The notes: a model not told the origin generated them from the sequence alone. DNA of 64,000 nt from Octopus sinensis (GCF_006345805.1 NC_043007.1:63798001-63862000), one strand, 5' to 3'; counted from the first letter of the stretch, positions 25,811 through 39,268 are shown. Numbers and translations: made by a program.

Positions 25811-26533
25811 AGTATTCTAACAAATGCACAGCAAAATCTTTTTTTAGGTGTAGATATGGTTTGAGTGTTGGAACTTGCTACTTATGCTTATTGTTGACAT
25901 AGAATATCTGTTTCTCATCACCTATTACAATTCAGTTAAGAAAAAGGGGTTTATTCATTCCTGATTAGCAAATTGTTAAAAGCATTGCTTTATTCATGGG
26001 GGGAAATCCACTTCCTTTCTCTATACACTTTCCCATTCTGTTGGAGATTCTTGCACAGTGGACCAAGGTTTACTAAGCCTAAGGATTAAGTCTCTGATAT
26101 TTTGATGCAGATCCTCTTAAATTGCTCTTTTCACTGCGTCATTATTCAGAACATTTGGTCTTCCTGATCAATACTCATTCAAAATATTGGATAGGTATCA
26201 ATCCAAATTTTGTTAAACCACCTTTGGAAGCCTCATTTTCCATGGGCAGTCAGACATAGCACATATACACACACTACATTTCTACATTAACTCTATACTT
26301 TTTAGTTGATTGCAAGGACACCTATTATTGGCTTGTAAACTGTTTGTGGTATGACATCAGACAATTTGCTTGGCAAGGTAACATTATTTTTCAGTACCCC
26401 TAATATATATATATTATTACAAATTTGGGATTTTACCAATAGAACTGCAACTCCTATTTCAGGACAACCTTATTGTCTGGTATACACATAGAAAGTTATA
26501 TCCTATATAATAATAAAATAATATAAGCATTTT

Positions 26534-26752
26534 AAAACCTACTATAAAGTACAATAAAATTATTCAAAAAACGTATTTAAAAATATATATACCTAACCTG
26601 TTATTAGTCTGTGGGGAAAGAAGATATTTTTAATCAACGCGCTGATTAAAAATATCTTCTTTCCCCACAGACTAATAACAGGTAAGGTATATATATTTTT
26701 TCAAATATTTTAAGTTTTTTAAATAATTTTATTGTACTTTATAGTAGGTTTT
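26534..26752. repeat. Long near-perfect inverted repeat (hairpin with 6-nt loop ACGCGC)
   Basis: Inner arms of ~58 bp differ at one position; outer 31-bp arms AAAACCTACTATAAAGTACAATAAAATTATT also match. Confidence 0.95.
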
Positions 26753-27339
26753 TTTGTTTTTCACATTGTGTTTGTGTATAGTGTTTTTGTTTACTCACTA
26801 TCTGCAACTAAGCCTAGTGTAAGCTCTCATCTTGCAACTCTTATATTAACTCCCTGTATCTCTCTTTTACTCTCACGCTTCCTTTCTTTATATAATATAA
26901 AGTAGGACAGGAGAAACCAATCAACCAACCAATATCTATATCAGCTATTATTACACATATGCATGCATAAAAATAATATATTATACATAATAACATATAA
27001 CAATTAAAACACACAATATACAACACATTAATATGTATAGTATTTTATATTTAGCATGCAACTTCAAATCGACATCAAGTTATATAAAGTCTTCTGCAAA
27101 GGAAGACATTGCAGTATGTGAGGACGCACACAAGGACCAATCAACTTTTGGTGTACATTTGTGTAGGCACGTGCTTAGCAGACACGATATTTTGTGGTGC
27201 ATGTAGACATGTATTCTTTCAACATATGTCTCTCTCTATGTGTGTACCTAGGTAAAAATGAATAGCCAAACTGAAGAATATACAAGATGAATGTGCTTGT
27301 GAATTTATATAAATTTTAACAGAAGAAAATGCAAATTAC

Positions 27340-27539
27340 CTGAGAGCAAGATGAAAAGGCACATCTATTGTTTTAATGAAGCCATTTGTATCAACAAGAG
27401 CAATCTGGAATGTTTTGGTCTTAGTATCTCGACTTGTGACATTGTTCAGTCCCATCATACCATACCCTTGACATATTAAGCGACATCGTTTACACACATT
27501 GAATGCAGCAACTCTTGGACCATATACAGCAGTCCACAC
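27340..27539 (-). CDS. RAB3GAP2: RAB3GAP2 exon 14
   Basis: acag|VWTAVYGPRVAAFNVCKRCRLICQGYGMMGLNNVTS...IDVPFHLAL+AG|gtaatt. Confidence 0.97.
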
Positions 27540-28351
27540 CTGTGAAAAAATAAAATAAAAAATAAAAATAGAAATATTTTTTTTTATAACTATTGCTGAT
27601 TTGTTGAGTTAGCTACAGCAAACTGAACATTCTTCATTCAACCTTAGTCTGTAAACATTCAGCATACTCCATCATACTGTTTGATTTCTAGTGTGTATAA
27701 TATAGCAGAGGGGCCACATAATTATAATATATTGTGTGGGAAAAGTTTAACAGTTAGATCATAATGTGTAAAGTGTAGTCAAAACCTTATAGGGAGCTTA
27801 TGAGCTGCAGAGTTTGTATATTCAGTAAATGTCAAAATAACTTCAATTTCTCTTAATTTATTTAAACATTTTGACAAAAATGATTAACAATATGAAGTGT
27901 AAATTAAATTAATAATTCCTGTTGTCAATATACAATGTGTATGTACATTTCATAATCTTTCTGAAACAGCTGATAGAATCAATGTCTTCAAGTAATTCAA
28001 TATAATAAAATTATTTCTAAATTTACACAAAATAAGTTGAAGGTTATAGCAGATCAAGAGAAATAAGAGTCTAACAATGAAAGAATTGTGCTTACAACCT
28101 GTTTGGGTTTCATTCAGCATAGATGTAGTTGGAAACATACAAGTGCTCTCAGCCTGACTATTTATAAATTAGTTAATACCCAAAATAAATTACTTGGTGT
28201 TGTAGATTTGGCAAATAATATATGAGGAAACTGAAGTGCTCAACTTAGGATCATAAGGTTGTGGACTAAATTCTAGGACCAGGCAGCACATTGCATTTTG
28301 AGCAATGTGAAATGAAGAGCAAAGCACTTCATTTCACATTGTTTCAATGTA

Positions 28352-29645
28352 TTGGGTGGGCAACTAAGTTCCCACCGTTTTTTAAAATTTAAATTTTTTA
28401 AAAGGTTTAATAAAAAATAACAACTAATTAATCAATAATGTATTCACCCTTGTTGTTTACAATTTCTTCCCAATGTTCAAGACGTTCAATACCTTGTTGA
28501 TAGAAATCACCCAATTTCGACTCAAAAAAATTTATCCAACCAAGCTCTCAATTCTGCATCAGTATTGAACGAAACTCTGCACATAGCATTTGAAAGAGAT
28601 AGAAAGAGGTGAAAATCTGTTGATGCCAAATCAGGAGAGCACGGTGGGTGTGGTACCACTTCCCAGCCATGTGTTTGAATGGCTTCCTTGCTCATATTGG
28701 CGATATGAGGGTGAATGTTGTCGTGCAGTAGAACTCCATGCTGCTGATTAAGTCTTTTCTCTTGAATAGCCGTGTTGAGTTGTTCCATCTGTTGAACATA
28801 GAGTTCCGCATTAACTGTTTGGTTCCGTTCAAGCAATTCGTAATGGATAATCCCTTCCCAGTCCCACCATATGCACAACATTGTTTTATGTGGAGGAAGG
28901 TCTTGTTTCACATGCAGTGTTGCTTGTTTACCGGGGCTAAGCCATTCCTTATGCTACTTCATATTGATGTACAGGCACCATTTTTCGTTGCCAGTAAAGA
29001 TTCGGTAAAGAAATCATTGCTTGTGTTCATGAGTTGAGTGGTGATGAGGCAAACAAACCAGCGGAGATTGTGGTTCGTTGATTTTTGTTGTTGTCACTTA
29101 AAGCATGTGGAACCTATGCTCCATACTTCTGAACCTTTCCCATTGAGTGAAGATGCTTCTCTATAGCAGTGTGGGAGCATTTCATTTTCTCTGCCAGTTC
29201 CCTTGTTGTTTGACGAGAATTTTCGTGCAAAAGTTGGTTTAATTGCTCTTCATCAAACTCAACTGGATGGCCAGAACGAGGTGTGTCTTTGAGGTCAAAA
29301 TTTCCAGTTTTGAACTTGGCATACCAATCACGAGCGGTTCTTTCAGCTATGGCACCCTCTCCATTACACAGCACAAATGTTGGGAGCAGCTTTTGCGGCC
29401 TTAGAACCTTGATTAAAATTAAAAAAGAGGTGGCGAAAATGCTCGTTTTCCTTAATTTGACATTCCATTTTAATGATTTGAAAATAAACAAAAATTAGCT
29501 AAAATTAACTAGAAAAAAAAACAAAAAACAAAATAGATTCCAAAAGGATTCAAAAACAGAATTCTCGAAAAACAGATTCCAAAATTTAAAAATCCAATAA
29601 ATTCCAAATTTAAAAAAAACAGCAGGAACTTAGTTGTCAACCCAA
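28352..29645 (-). mobile_element. Full-length (1294 bp) mariner DNA transposon with TA target-site duplications
   Basis: TA|TTGGGTGGGCAACTAAGTTCC ... GGAACTTAGTTGTCAACCCAA|TA terminal inverted repeats (TIRs). Confidence 0.93.
28428..29468 (-). pseudogene. Mariner (DD34D) transposase pseudogene
   Basis: MECQIKENEHFRHL..., KFKTGNFDLKDTPRSGHP, WVPHAL, KTMLCIWWD, LHDN, PHPPCSPDLASTDFHLF, GEYIID*; contains stops and frameshifts. Confidence 0.92.
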
Positions 29646-30847
29646 TACTTAGTTGAAAATGAGCACCAGTCAGGGTGGTGGACCAGCTGCTACATCCAAC
29701 ATGTTCCATTGGATCGAGAGTGAGGAGACTGAGAGTGTGTCTATGTCTACTTGGGATTACATAACCACCTAAAACAATTAGTGAAAGCATGATACAAGTT
29801 ACCAAGTCCTACTTGCTCACAAGTGACAGCTGGCTGTACAAGATAAAAAATTAATTCGATAGTAGAAACTATCACTAGTTTTGCTGTAAAACAGTTTGGG
29901 GATTATAATTTCAAGAGAAAACATAAATCAATACTTAAAGGATTGTGATTAGTGCATTAAAACCATGTTTGTTCTGTGTGTGTGCGCATGCGTATGTATA
30001 TAGATTTGTTATTTGTAATTAATTCATATGCTCTGTTGTGCACTATGTAATAATTTTTAAGATTTAATTCATACCAATTTTGTTGAACAGCACAAGCAGC
30101 CAGCTCTTCTAGAGCAAAACAATGTGGTGACATAAAAGTATTTATAGAAATATTTTATAGTAATCCACAGACATGCCCATCAACCTGGTCAGCAACTACA
30201 CAATCCACCTTTTCGTGTAGTGCTACTGTGTTTGACTCAATACAATAGTTTCAATTTATTGTATAAAGTTGGCCTTTTTTAAATACATATTCAGAAATTT
30301 TATTGGTGATTGCAGAAGTGGCATAGTGTCTACAGTTTGTGGTGACTGAAATAAGTTGGAGAAGAAATGGCCTTGTTAGTCACAAAAAGATCTATCCCCT
30401 TACTAAATGAGGTGAGTGTCAGAAGTGTGATGTGATATAGTAATGATTGTAATGGGATAACCTAGGTATGGTATGGTTTATCAGTGTGGCATAAATTTGA
30501 GAAACAGAGGGAGTACAAAGAAGACAAAGAATTGTGATGAGTGACAAGATGCTGTAAGATCCAAACAATCCATATCAGTGTGTGAAAACAAGAAGATAAA
30601 TAATGGCAATGATTAAAAAAGTAAAGATGGAGCAGTCTGTTAGGAAAGAAGAGATTCTATCTACAAAGATGGCCTGATCATCTTTGTGTTGAAGATCTAA
30701 GGAAAAGACTAGGGGAAATTTATCAAGGTTCAAGAATGAGAATCTTGAAAATTGTTATATTGCAGACTCAATCAACTCATACAGTGGAAAATTGGATGGC
30801 GTATCAAATTTATGATGGTGATGAAAATAATGACTTATACATCATAC

Positions 30848-30975
30848 CTCGAGGATACCTCGTCTTGGAGCATATATAACAAAAAACTGAGCAAGTCGCT
30901 GCATTTTCTGAGGGTTGGTACATTGGCTTTTCTCTTCTTTCACTTGCACCCAACCAACTTGAGCATCACGGTAGC
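30848..30975 (-). CDS. RAB3GAP2: RAB3GAP2 exon 13
   Basis: ttag|[43 protein letters not shown]|gtatga. Confidence 0.97.
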
Positions 30976-32636
30976 CTAAATGAAAGTAAAGTAAGTAAAC
31001 AATATAATACAATCACTGTACCAAATTTGTTGATTCTTACTGTTTTCTGACAAGTTAACCTTGCCAATATGGTACAAAGTGCTGCTATAACTCTGATACA
31101 ATCCATAGAAGCTGAATTTCTCTATGATGACATTAATAGCAAAGCCTGCATTCTCATCTTGACTTGCACATTCAGTCTTCAATAATACTGACTAGACTTC
31201 CTCACTCAATTTCCTCTGATACATAACATTATTATCTCTCCAACAAACAATAACACTGTCTGTAGCAACTGTTATAGAGTGCACAAACACAGATGCACAC
31301 CTACACATACATACACATATATATATGACAAGCTTCGTTCAGCTTCTGTCTACCAAATTCCCTTGCAAAAGTGAAGACATATGCCCAAGGTGACATGCAT
31401 GGGACTGAATTTAAAACCAAATAGCTAGGAAATGAAGTTTTTAATCACACCGCCATGCCTGCACTATATTCACTTCAAACCACATATTCAAATATAAGCA
31501 CTTCCTAGACAACAAGAGCTCATTATTAACTAAAGGCCACAATTTTTGCAACAAACTGCAAATGACAACTAAATACTGAAAAGTATTTAGTTATGTGGTC
31601 TACTATTTTTGGTATTACATTACCCTTACAGCAGTCAATTATTAACAAGCTTATATTCTCTATTACTTTCATGTCACCAGGGTACCTGAAATAGTGTACA
31701 AAACTCAACAGTATGGATTTTAGTTCAGATTCAGATAAGCAGGAATTAAACATAAAATCAGAAAGAATCTATTCTGATAGCAGCAAGAAGTATCCTCTGA
31801 GCTGACTTGACTAATTATTATATCACGCCACAAAAAAAAAAAAAAAGACCCTAGACATCATTTTAAAACTCTAGAGAAGATATTGTTTTACTTTATCAAA
31901 AAGACAACTAGATTAGTGGAAAAAATAAAAAGACACATTATATCTGTATTTTTCTTGGTTGAAATCAGTCTGATTACAGGTTTGGCTTACTAACACAGCT
32001 GCCACCACTGTTACCACTTGGAACTGTTTCACTCAAGCTATTAAGCTTTTCTCTCTAAATGCACTGATTTCATAAATAAATATTTCTATTTAGAAATTAA
32101 AATCGGATAAAGTCACATCACCTCTTTAAATCTGAAAACTGATGTCTTTGTAAAAATTCTTTTTTTTTTGTATTGAATTGGAACAGTTGTTAGAGCATTA
32201 GATAGAATAGCATTCAATGTTTGTTCTGGCTTTGTATTCTAGTGTTCAAACTCATCTGAGGTCAACTTTTTCTTTCATACTTCTAGGATCAACAAATAAA
32301 GTACCAGTCAAGCACTTGAATCAAATCTTTCTCTTGCTATCTGAATTGACTATGATGCATGGAGAGAAGGTTTGTAGGAGACAATTCACAATATCTTTTT
32401 TCCAGTGATGGAGAAGACTTGAATGAAGAGATAGTAACCTTTTATAGGAAACTTGAAATGTTACTGGCAGCAGCCAAGGACAGAAGTGCTGTGCAGCATA
32501 GAATGGAAACAAAAATAAGATTCTGTACGAGAGTGGGGGAGATAGATAGATATAGAGGGAGAGAGAGACGGTCACACATATAGAATGGGACAGTAATAAT
32601 ATAAAGTTTATTACACTTAAGATTCTATGAACTAAC

Positions 32637-32776
32637 CTTTCCACATTCGAATACCAATGCCTCGTTGTACATCAAGAAGTATCACACGTCCATAGCTATC
32701 TGTTGTAGCAGCATATTTGTTGTTAGGAGACAATACAATACTTTCTCCAATTCTCCTTTTATCTGGCAAACCAAAC
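32637..32776 (-). CDS. RAB3GAP2: RAB3GAP2 exon 12
   Basis: gcag|[46 protein letters not shown]+G|gttagt. Confidence 0.97.
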
Positions 32777-34435
32777 CTGCAAATGAAACTCAACTTGGAT
32801 TATCATGTTAACTCTGTTTAACAGTTAAAAATGTAGTTGTATATTGTATCTGTTAGATACTGCTAGCAGGAGTGGTGTGTGAAGAGGTTAATTCAACAAC
32901 AAGAGCTGCAAATGAAATGGAGAATAATGATTGTAGCATTAGTCAAGAAGATGGAAGAAAATAGAGAAAAAGAAATAAAAAAAACAAATAAAGTAGAAAG
33001 GATGCTGACAATGATGATGATGAAGACTGTAAAAATAAAAAGACACTGAATACAGTATAAAGAGACTAAAAAGACAAAACAAATAAATCAGGTGGGGAGA
33101 GAGAGAGAAGTAATGGAAAATGATGCAGCATTACAATTATAAATACCATTATTTTCATTTGGTTAAGTATTTACAACATATCCCCAGTGATCCCTATCCA
33201 CTGCTATATGGTATCTGAAGCAGAATTCCCAAAGATCTGATCTAGCTGCCTGGTCAAAAGCGTACTGTGATCAACAGTATGGCTAAATACCCATTTCTAT
33301 TGTCAAGCATTTTAGTGGAACAAATAATGTTTTATCCGGACATTACTAAAAGTTGTTTTTTCTAGATTAAACATTAAATAAAACAGAATATAAATACTTT
33401 ACTTTATTTAACCTGGCATTTTACTTAATCTGGTGTTTTATATAACCTGGCATTTTGAGGTTAAAATTATACCAGGATCATTTTTATATTTCATTCCACT
33501 CAAGCTGATAAAATAAGCACCAATAACATACTGGAATTCAGTCCTTTCCAAACTAAATTTGATGTGTCTCAGTGAAAAAAAAACCCCATTATATTCAAAA
33601 TTATTAAGAGTGGCTCCCCTAGTGAAAAGATCAATATTTTAAAAGCTAATTTATTTCTACTTTACAATCATTGTTTTTCTATTATGACAGACAATTTCCA
33701 GAGATTTGGCAACTATAGTTAGAACTAGCTATGGCCTCTCCCAAATTATGTAATCTATGTAATGACATATCCAATCACTGACAAAACAACTAAATGCACT
33801 AATAAAACACTAGATTATTAAAACAGCTTAACTAAGTTTATTGTCCCTCCACTTAACAAAGACAAACATGAAATACAAACATGTGTAAATCAAAATTGTT
33901 TCACAACAGCCAAACATGTTGAGTCGCTGATGTCAGTCATCAGGTAATTCATAGAGTGCATAAACCAATTGAGTTAATTTCCCTGGCCCAAATCTAAATC
34001 TCTGGACATATCAAAACATAACAGCATGCAGTGAAGTCTTGATATGACACATCCAGTTATTGTTATTTAATCTCAATACAAAGCATTTCAGTCATTATTG
34101 CCATGTCTTTTTGTATTTCTTGGACTACATTGGCTGATGTGTCCTTTCATTTTTTTTAAAGACAGCATGGTGTGAATTAAAGAATTTGTCTGCTACTTCC
34201 GGCAAGTTGAATTACCACATAGAGGATGGCAGTTATGTAAATCACTCCAAACTAATTGTTGTTACCTTGTATGTTCAAGATGTGTAGACTAGAGCTACTC
34301 AATAGCAACAATAACACAGATATCCACATTAAAATAACTATCCAACCAGTAAAAGAAAAAAATATCAAAACAAAACGAGCACAGAAGAGTTAATCCAATT
34401 ACAATAGTATTGCAGATGTTTGTTCTTAGCCTTAC

Positions 34436-34513
34436 CTTAATGGTAGTGTGGTTGCTGGTTCAATCTTAGGTCTCCTTTTTTCTTTATTCTCAGAACCAAA
34501 TCCGAGCAAACCA
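34436..34513 (-). CDS. RAB3GAP2: RAB3GAP2 exon 11
   Basis: acag|GLLGFGSENKEKRRPKIEPATTLPL+AG|gtaagg. Confidence 0.95.
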
Positions 34514-34926
34514 CTGTAAAATAGAAAATTAAAACAAAAATTAAAAAGTAGAAAGTAAAAACAACAACAAAATAATAATAAAAGAAAATGTAATAAAATG
34601 TAACTGAATCTAAACTATCTTTTTTGTTTGTTTAATACTGTAGTAGCATATGTAACAAATAAAATACATGATATATCTCACTTATAAGGAAGACAGGTTA
34701 GTCGCAGGTAAAAGTACATACATGGCTTCACAGTAATTCAGAATGGAAAAGATACAACCGAGATTATGTATATCTCCGTCCTGGAGTTGCAGGGTGAAGG
34801 CAAGAAAAGTGAAAACAAATAGGATGGCATAGTCTCCAACATATCAATTCAATTAAACTTTCTATGCAACATTGATTTGATACTAAAGGCTCTGTACATC
34901 TATTTGAAACTATTAGCTTTGCTTAA

Positions 34927-36014
34927 CCCTTTCGTTACTATATTTCTGACCAAAATACATTTGTGTTTCAATTAATTTCTAACATAATCCTAAATTTAGT
35001 CTGGTTTCATTAAACAACTATAACTTTTTTTATTTATCAATATATTAACGTGAATTTTGGAAGATAATTTAATGAAATGTTCTCAACCAATTCTATACTA
35101 TAATTTTTGTCACAAAGTGACTCTAATTGCAGGTAGATATAGGTAAATTCAACAAAATATAAAATTATTAAAATTTTGTTCAAACATCGCTATAGAAAAT
35201 GGGTTATTAGCTAATATTCAATTGGGTATACAACAAAATTTTACAATAGAATTTGTTATTCTGGGTAACTTTCTGATACCCATAATAATATTTATGGCAA
35301 AATAGTCTTAATTTCATTTAAGGTTATGGGAAACCACTAACTATCCTTTCTTTCGTTTTGTTTACATTTAGCGTAACGGTTCGTTTCCACCGTAATGATT
35401 TCAAATAGGCTCATTCGAAAAAGTAAAAAGAAATAGTCTAAGGCTTTACTCTTCTGGGAAAGTCTGTGGCTTGGTCCAGTTTCTTCAGAAAAATCACCGA
35501 AAGAAACCAGTTTTTAAATTTTCACTCCATTCAGGTGCCAATTCATTTTCTTTATCGCTGTCGGATTCACTGTTTTCACTTTCGGAAAATGAAACATCAG
35601 ATTCATTATCAAATACCACATGCTTTTTTTTTTCAGTCATAGAGTTAGATTTATCAAGGTCTTCAGTAGAAAATCCTTCGAATTCTGACTCGCTGCTTGA
35701 TATAATGAAATTCGTATCCATTTTTTGTCAGAATTACAAATTTTGAAAACACAATAGGAACAAATTTCGGAAAAAAATCTCCCAAAATTCACGGAATTAA
35801 AATTACACTTCGATTTTTGTACAAAACTGTAGTTGAACTCTTTACGAAGTATAATACGTATTTTCACGAATGTACTAAAAAGATTTGCTCTGATATTCTC
35901 ATTTAAATATGAATAGGTAAATTCGGGCGGTTTGGTCACATTAACCAAAATTTTTTTCGGGCGGTTTGGTCACATTAACCAAAATTTTTTTCGGGCGGTT
36001 TGGTAACGAAAGGG
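34927..36014 (-). mobile_element. piggyBac internal-deletion derivative (1088 bp)
   Basis: TTAA|CCCTTTCGTTAC ... GTAACGAAAGGG|TTAA. Acidic transposase-like N-terminal remnant MDTNFIISSSESEFEGF at 35494-35721; 34-bp subterminal tandem repeat. Confidence 0.88.
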
Positions 36015-36408
36015 TTAAGTGACTGGGTAAAACAATCAAAGTCCCCCACTATAAATAGTAATTGTCAGCAATAGAGTAACATACACCAAACTGGCATATT
36101 TAGCTGGAGATTAGTCATCTGTTATAGCCATATTTCTGACAAGGGTCCTATCCTGACTCCATGTGACCCTAATTTAACAGTACCCAAGTATTCTCTGAAT
36201 TAAGCATCTTTAACCATTTCCGTTTTGTGGTATATGTGACACTTTATTTTACCTCACCTTTCACAAGGGTGAATCTGCCAGGAAACAAAAGTCCTCTGCC
36301 AATACAACTTTTTTCAAAGGTGTAAGTTCGCTTCTCATGACAAAATTGCCTATTGGTGTGAATGTGAATGTTAGACACCGGTGGTAAATAGGCTGCATGA
36401 AATCCTAC

Positions 36409-36794
36409 TGTTGTGAGTTTAGTTTTGATTATGTAATTTTGATTGTCTCGATTGCTGTTATATGCCTGCACTGCGACTGCGCGGAGTTCTGTTCTGTTTG
36501 CAGACGACATGTTCAACGTTGATTTTTAGTTAGTCGAGAATGTAGAAACTCACTGTATTAAAAATGTTATTGTGTTGAAGTTTAGTTTTGCCTACAATTT
36601 AGCAATCTTTGTTTGTATTGTAGATTACTGTATTTTTAGTTGATTAAAACCTTTTAAAATTTGATATTCGAGTTTGGGTTTATAACAATAACATGTTGTC
36701 TGCAAACAGAACAGAACTCCGCACAATCACAGTGCAGGCATATAACAACAATAGAGACAATCAAAATCACGTAGTCAAAACTAAAATCACAACA
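36409..36794. mobile_element. MITE with 105-bp TIRs, TGT...ACA ends and a 5-bp target-site duplication (CCTAC); Ginger-like
   Basis: CCTAC|TGTTGTGAG ... ATCACAACA|CCTAC; arms 36409-36513 and 36690-36794 are about 90% complementary. Confidence 0.8.
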
Positions 36795-37480
36795 CCTACC
36801 ATGCTGCTAACATATGTATGATCCCTGACCAGGTTCTCAGAAAGCTACGAGGAAATCTGTTTGATATAGTGTTCATCTGCATTTCATTGAATCTGTTCAA
36901 AGTCATGTTCAGAGCATTGTGTAGGAATCAGATCCATTCTAAAGTGATACAATTTAAATCTATTGTTTAATATCTGATGTTTATTGCAACAGACAAATTA
37001 AGAGTCAATATTTGGGTTGAAAAATAGATGGAAAAAGCTGATGAAATGATTTTATAGAAGAAGCTCAGTAGCAATTGTGAGATCAGATGAGTATATGCTG
37101 TTACAGTAATAATGTCATTTCTTTTGAGTAAGCTTGAGACATATATTGTACAAGAGAGAGAGTATGTGTGCAGATTTAACCAAATTATTAATAACTATTT
37201 TAACATTTCAAAAGAAAAGAAAACTCTACTCTAGAATGATTTTGTATTGCGACATTAGATACCCTAAAACATCGAAACCAGTGTTCTGTCATTTGGTTAT
37301 GTTATTACTCTCTTTCTATTATTGTTATAATATTAAAAGAAAAGTAAAGATCAGTAATACAGGTGGTGCAAAATAAATCATTGAGTGGATTATTGATGAA
37401 AGAAAGCAGTTTTCTGAATAAAAGGAATATTAAATGTTCAGCTACACAAAGCAAAAACATTACTGTAAATCAATATCTAC

Positions 37481-37560
37481 CTGGCAGCAGATACAAATGC
37501 AGACTTCAATTTGTGAGCAACAGCATATGCAACATCTGAGAGGATGGGTTGCATGCTTCC
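37481..37560 (-). CDS. RAB3GAP2: RAB3GAP2 exon 10
   Basis: ctag|GSMQPILSDVAYAVAHKLKSAFVSAA+AG|gtagat. Confidence 0.95.
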
Positions 37561-38404
37561 CTAGAAATAAAAGATTAGAAAATAAGAAGTACTGTAGTTT
37601 GTTTGCTTGATTATAATTTATTTTTGTGTGTATCTGCATGTATGTGCAACAGAAAAAAAAATTATTTTTTTGTAAAACAAATAAGAGCTTAAAAAGTCTG
37701 ATGGGGTATAATAACAAAACTTGTCAGGAATAAGGTACTGTAGCAACACAAATGATGATGAAGACTTATATATTGTTACAGTTCTTTTAGGTAATGAATG
37801 ACTGTCATAAACTCTCAGCTGATCAGCTTTATAAAACTGAGAAGTCATACTAATGAAAGAAGACTTATCACATAAAATGATACTACAGAATACAATTTTA
37901 TATGTCAGAATATAATATACTGCAAAAGAATGTTGTATAAGACCATATGTAAACTGTGATAGTATAAAACAATTTCATGCATTTTAAATATAAGCATGGC
38001 TGCGTGGTTGAGTAGTTTACCATCCAACCATGTGGTTTTGGGTTCAGTTCCACTGCACAACACTTTAGACAAGTGTCTTGTACTATAGCACCAGGTCAAT
38101 CAGAGAATTTTAACAGAATGTGTTAGACAGAAACAAAGAGTAGACCATCGCGCGCGTGCGTGCGTGTGTGTGTGTGTGTGTGCGCGTGCATACACAGACA
38201 TATTTTGTATGAAAGTGTGACTAGTGGTCTCTTTAGCTTCTGTCAAAAAAGAAAAATGCCTCAGCTCTTGTTGTCTTTTGAGCTATAAGGAGTAAGTGAT
38301 TCCTTACTTGAATAATAAGTAAGAGTTAGAGTCTGAAAGGGCATCTGGTTGTAAAATAATGCCTGAACATATTTGTCCAAACCGTGCAAGCAAGAAGAAA
38401 CAAA

Positions 38405-38452
<48 letters not shown>

Positions 38453-39268
38453 ATATATATATTAACCAGTTGTATGGTGTGGTCTTTGGTAACTAAACCA
38501 GCAACTTCACTGAGCTTGCTTGTTGAGGAAAGTGATTTTGGACATCCTACAGGATGAACCGTTAAAGGGTAGAGGAACTGATGAGGGTCAACAGTCACCC
38601 AATATAGTCAAGGGTAGATGGTGCTCACTAGTTGTAGTGAAGATAATCCATCTAGGAGAAGGAAATCACTGAAATAAAAACTATTCAGCAAGCACTTGCA
38701 ACCAGCTGACCTTCATCTATATATTTATTATATATATTGACACATACACTGCAGTGAGATATTATTATAATACCCTATGTATACTGTGATAACTTGAAAT
38801 ACAATTTCATGTATTATCACTACTGAGTATGCATTTGATTGCAAGAAGTGCATTGTGGTCTTTGACAAGACACTTCCCAAAAAGCTTTCTCATGCATCTC
38901 ATTGGTGAATAACTGTAGACTGATTCTGGATAACTTGGAATATTCCAACAACCCATCAAACCTTTTACATCTACCAATCATACAAAAGCTTGTTGGCTGA
39001 TGAGTTAAAGAAACTGATGAAGCTGTTTGGCTACAACTTGATCAGTTAAGAATTTTGCTCAAATGGAGGATACTTCACAAAATAATTTTAGCAACAATTC
39101 TATTTCACAGTTGAGCTGTGGAGAGCTTTAAGAATTTATAATGATGTCTAACCCCAGATGAATCACAATAGAAAATATTATAAATAGAAGAAAAAAATGA
39201 CAGAATCAAATGGATTAGAGAATACAAATAGAACAGAAAGGTTATCAGATATTATAAACGAATCTTAC

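Noticed and set aside
38148-38192. (CG)n/(TG)n alternating tract with Z-DNA potential
   Set aside because: Typical SINE-associated microsatellite; similar tracts occur throughout the window.
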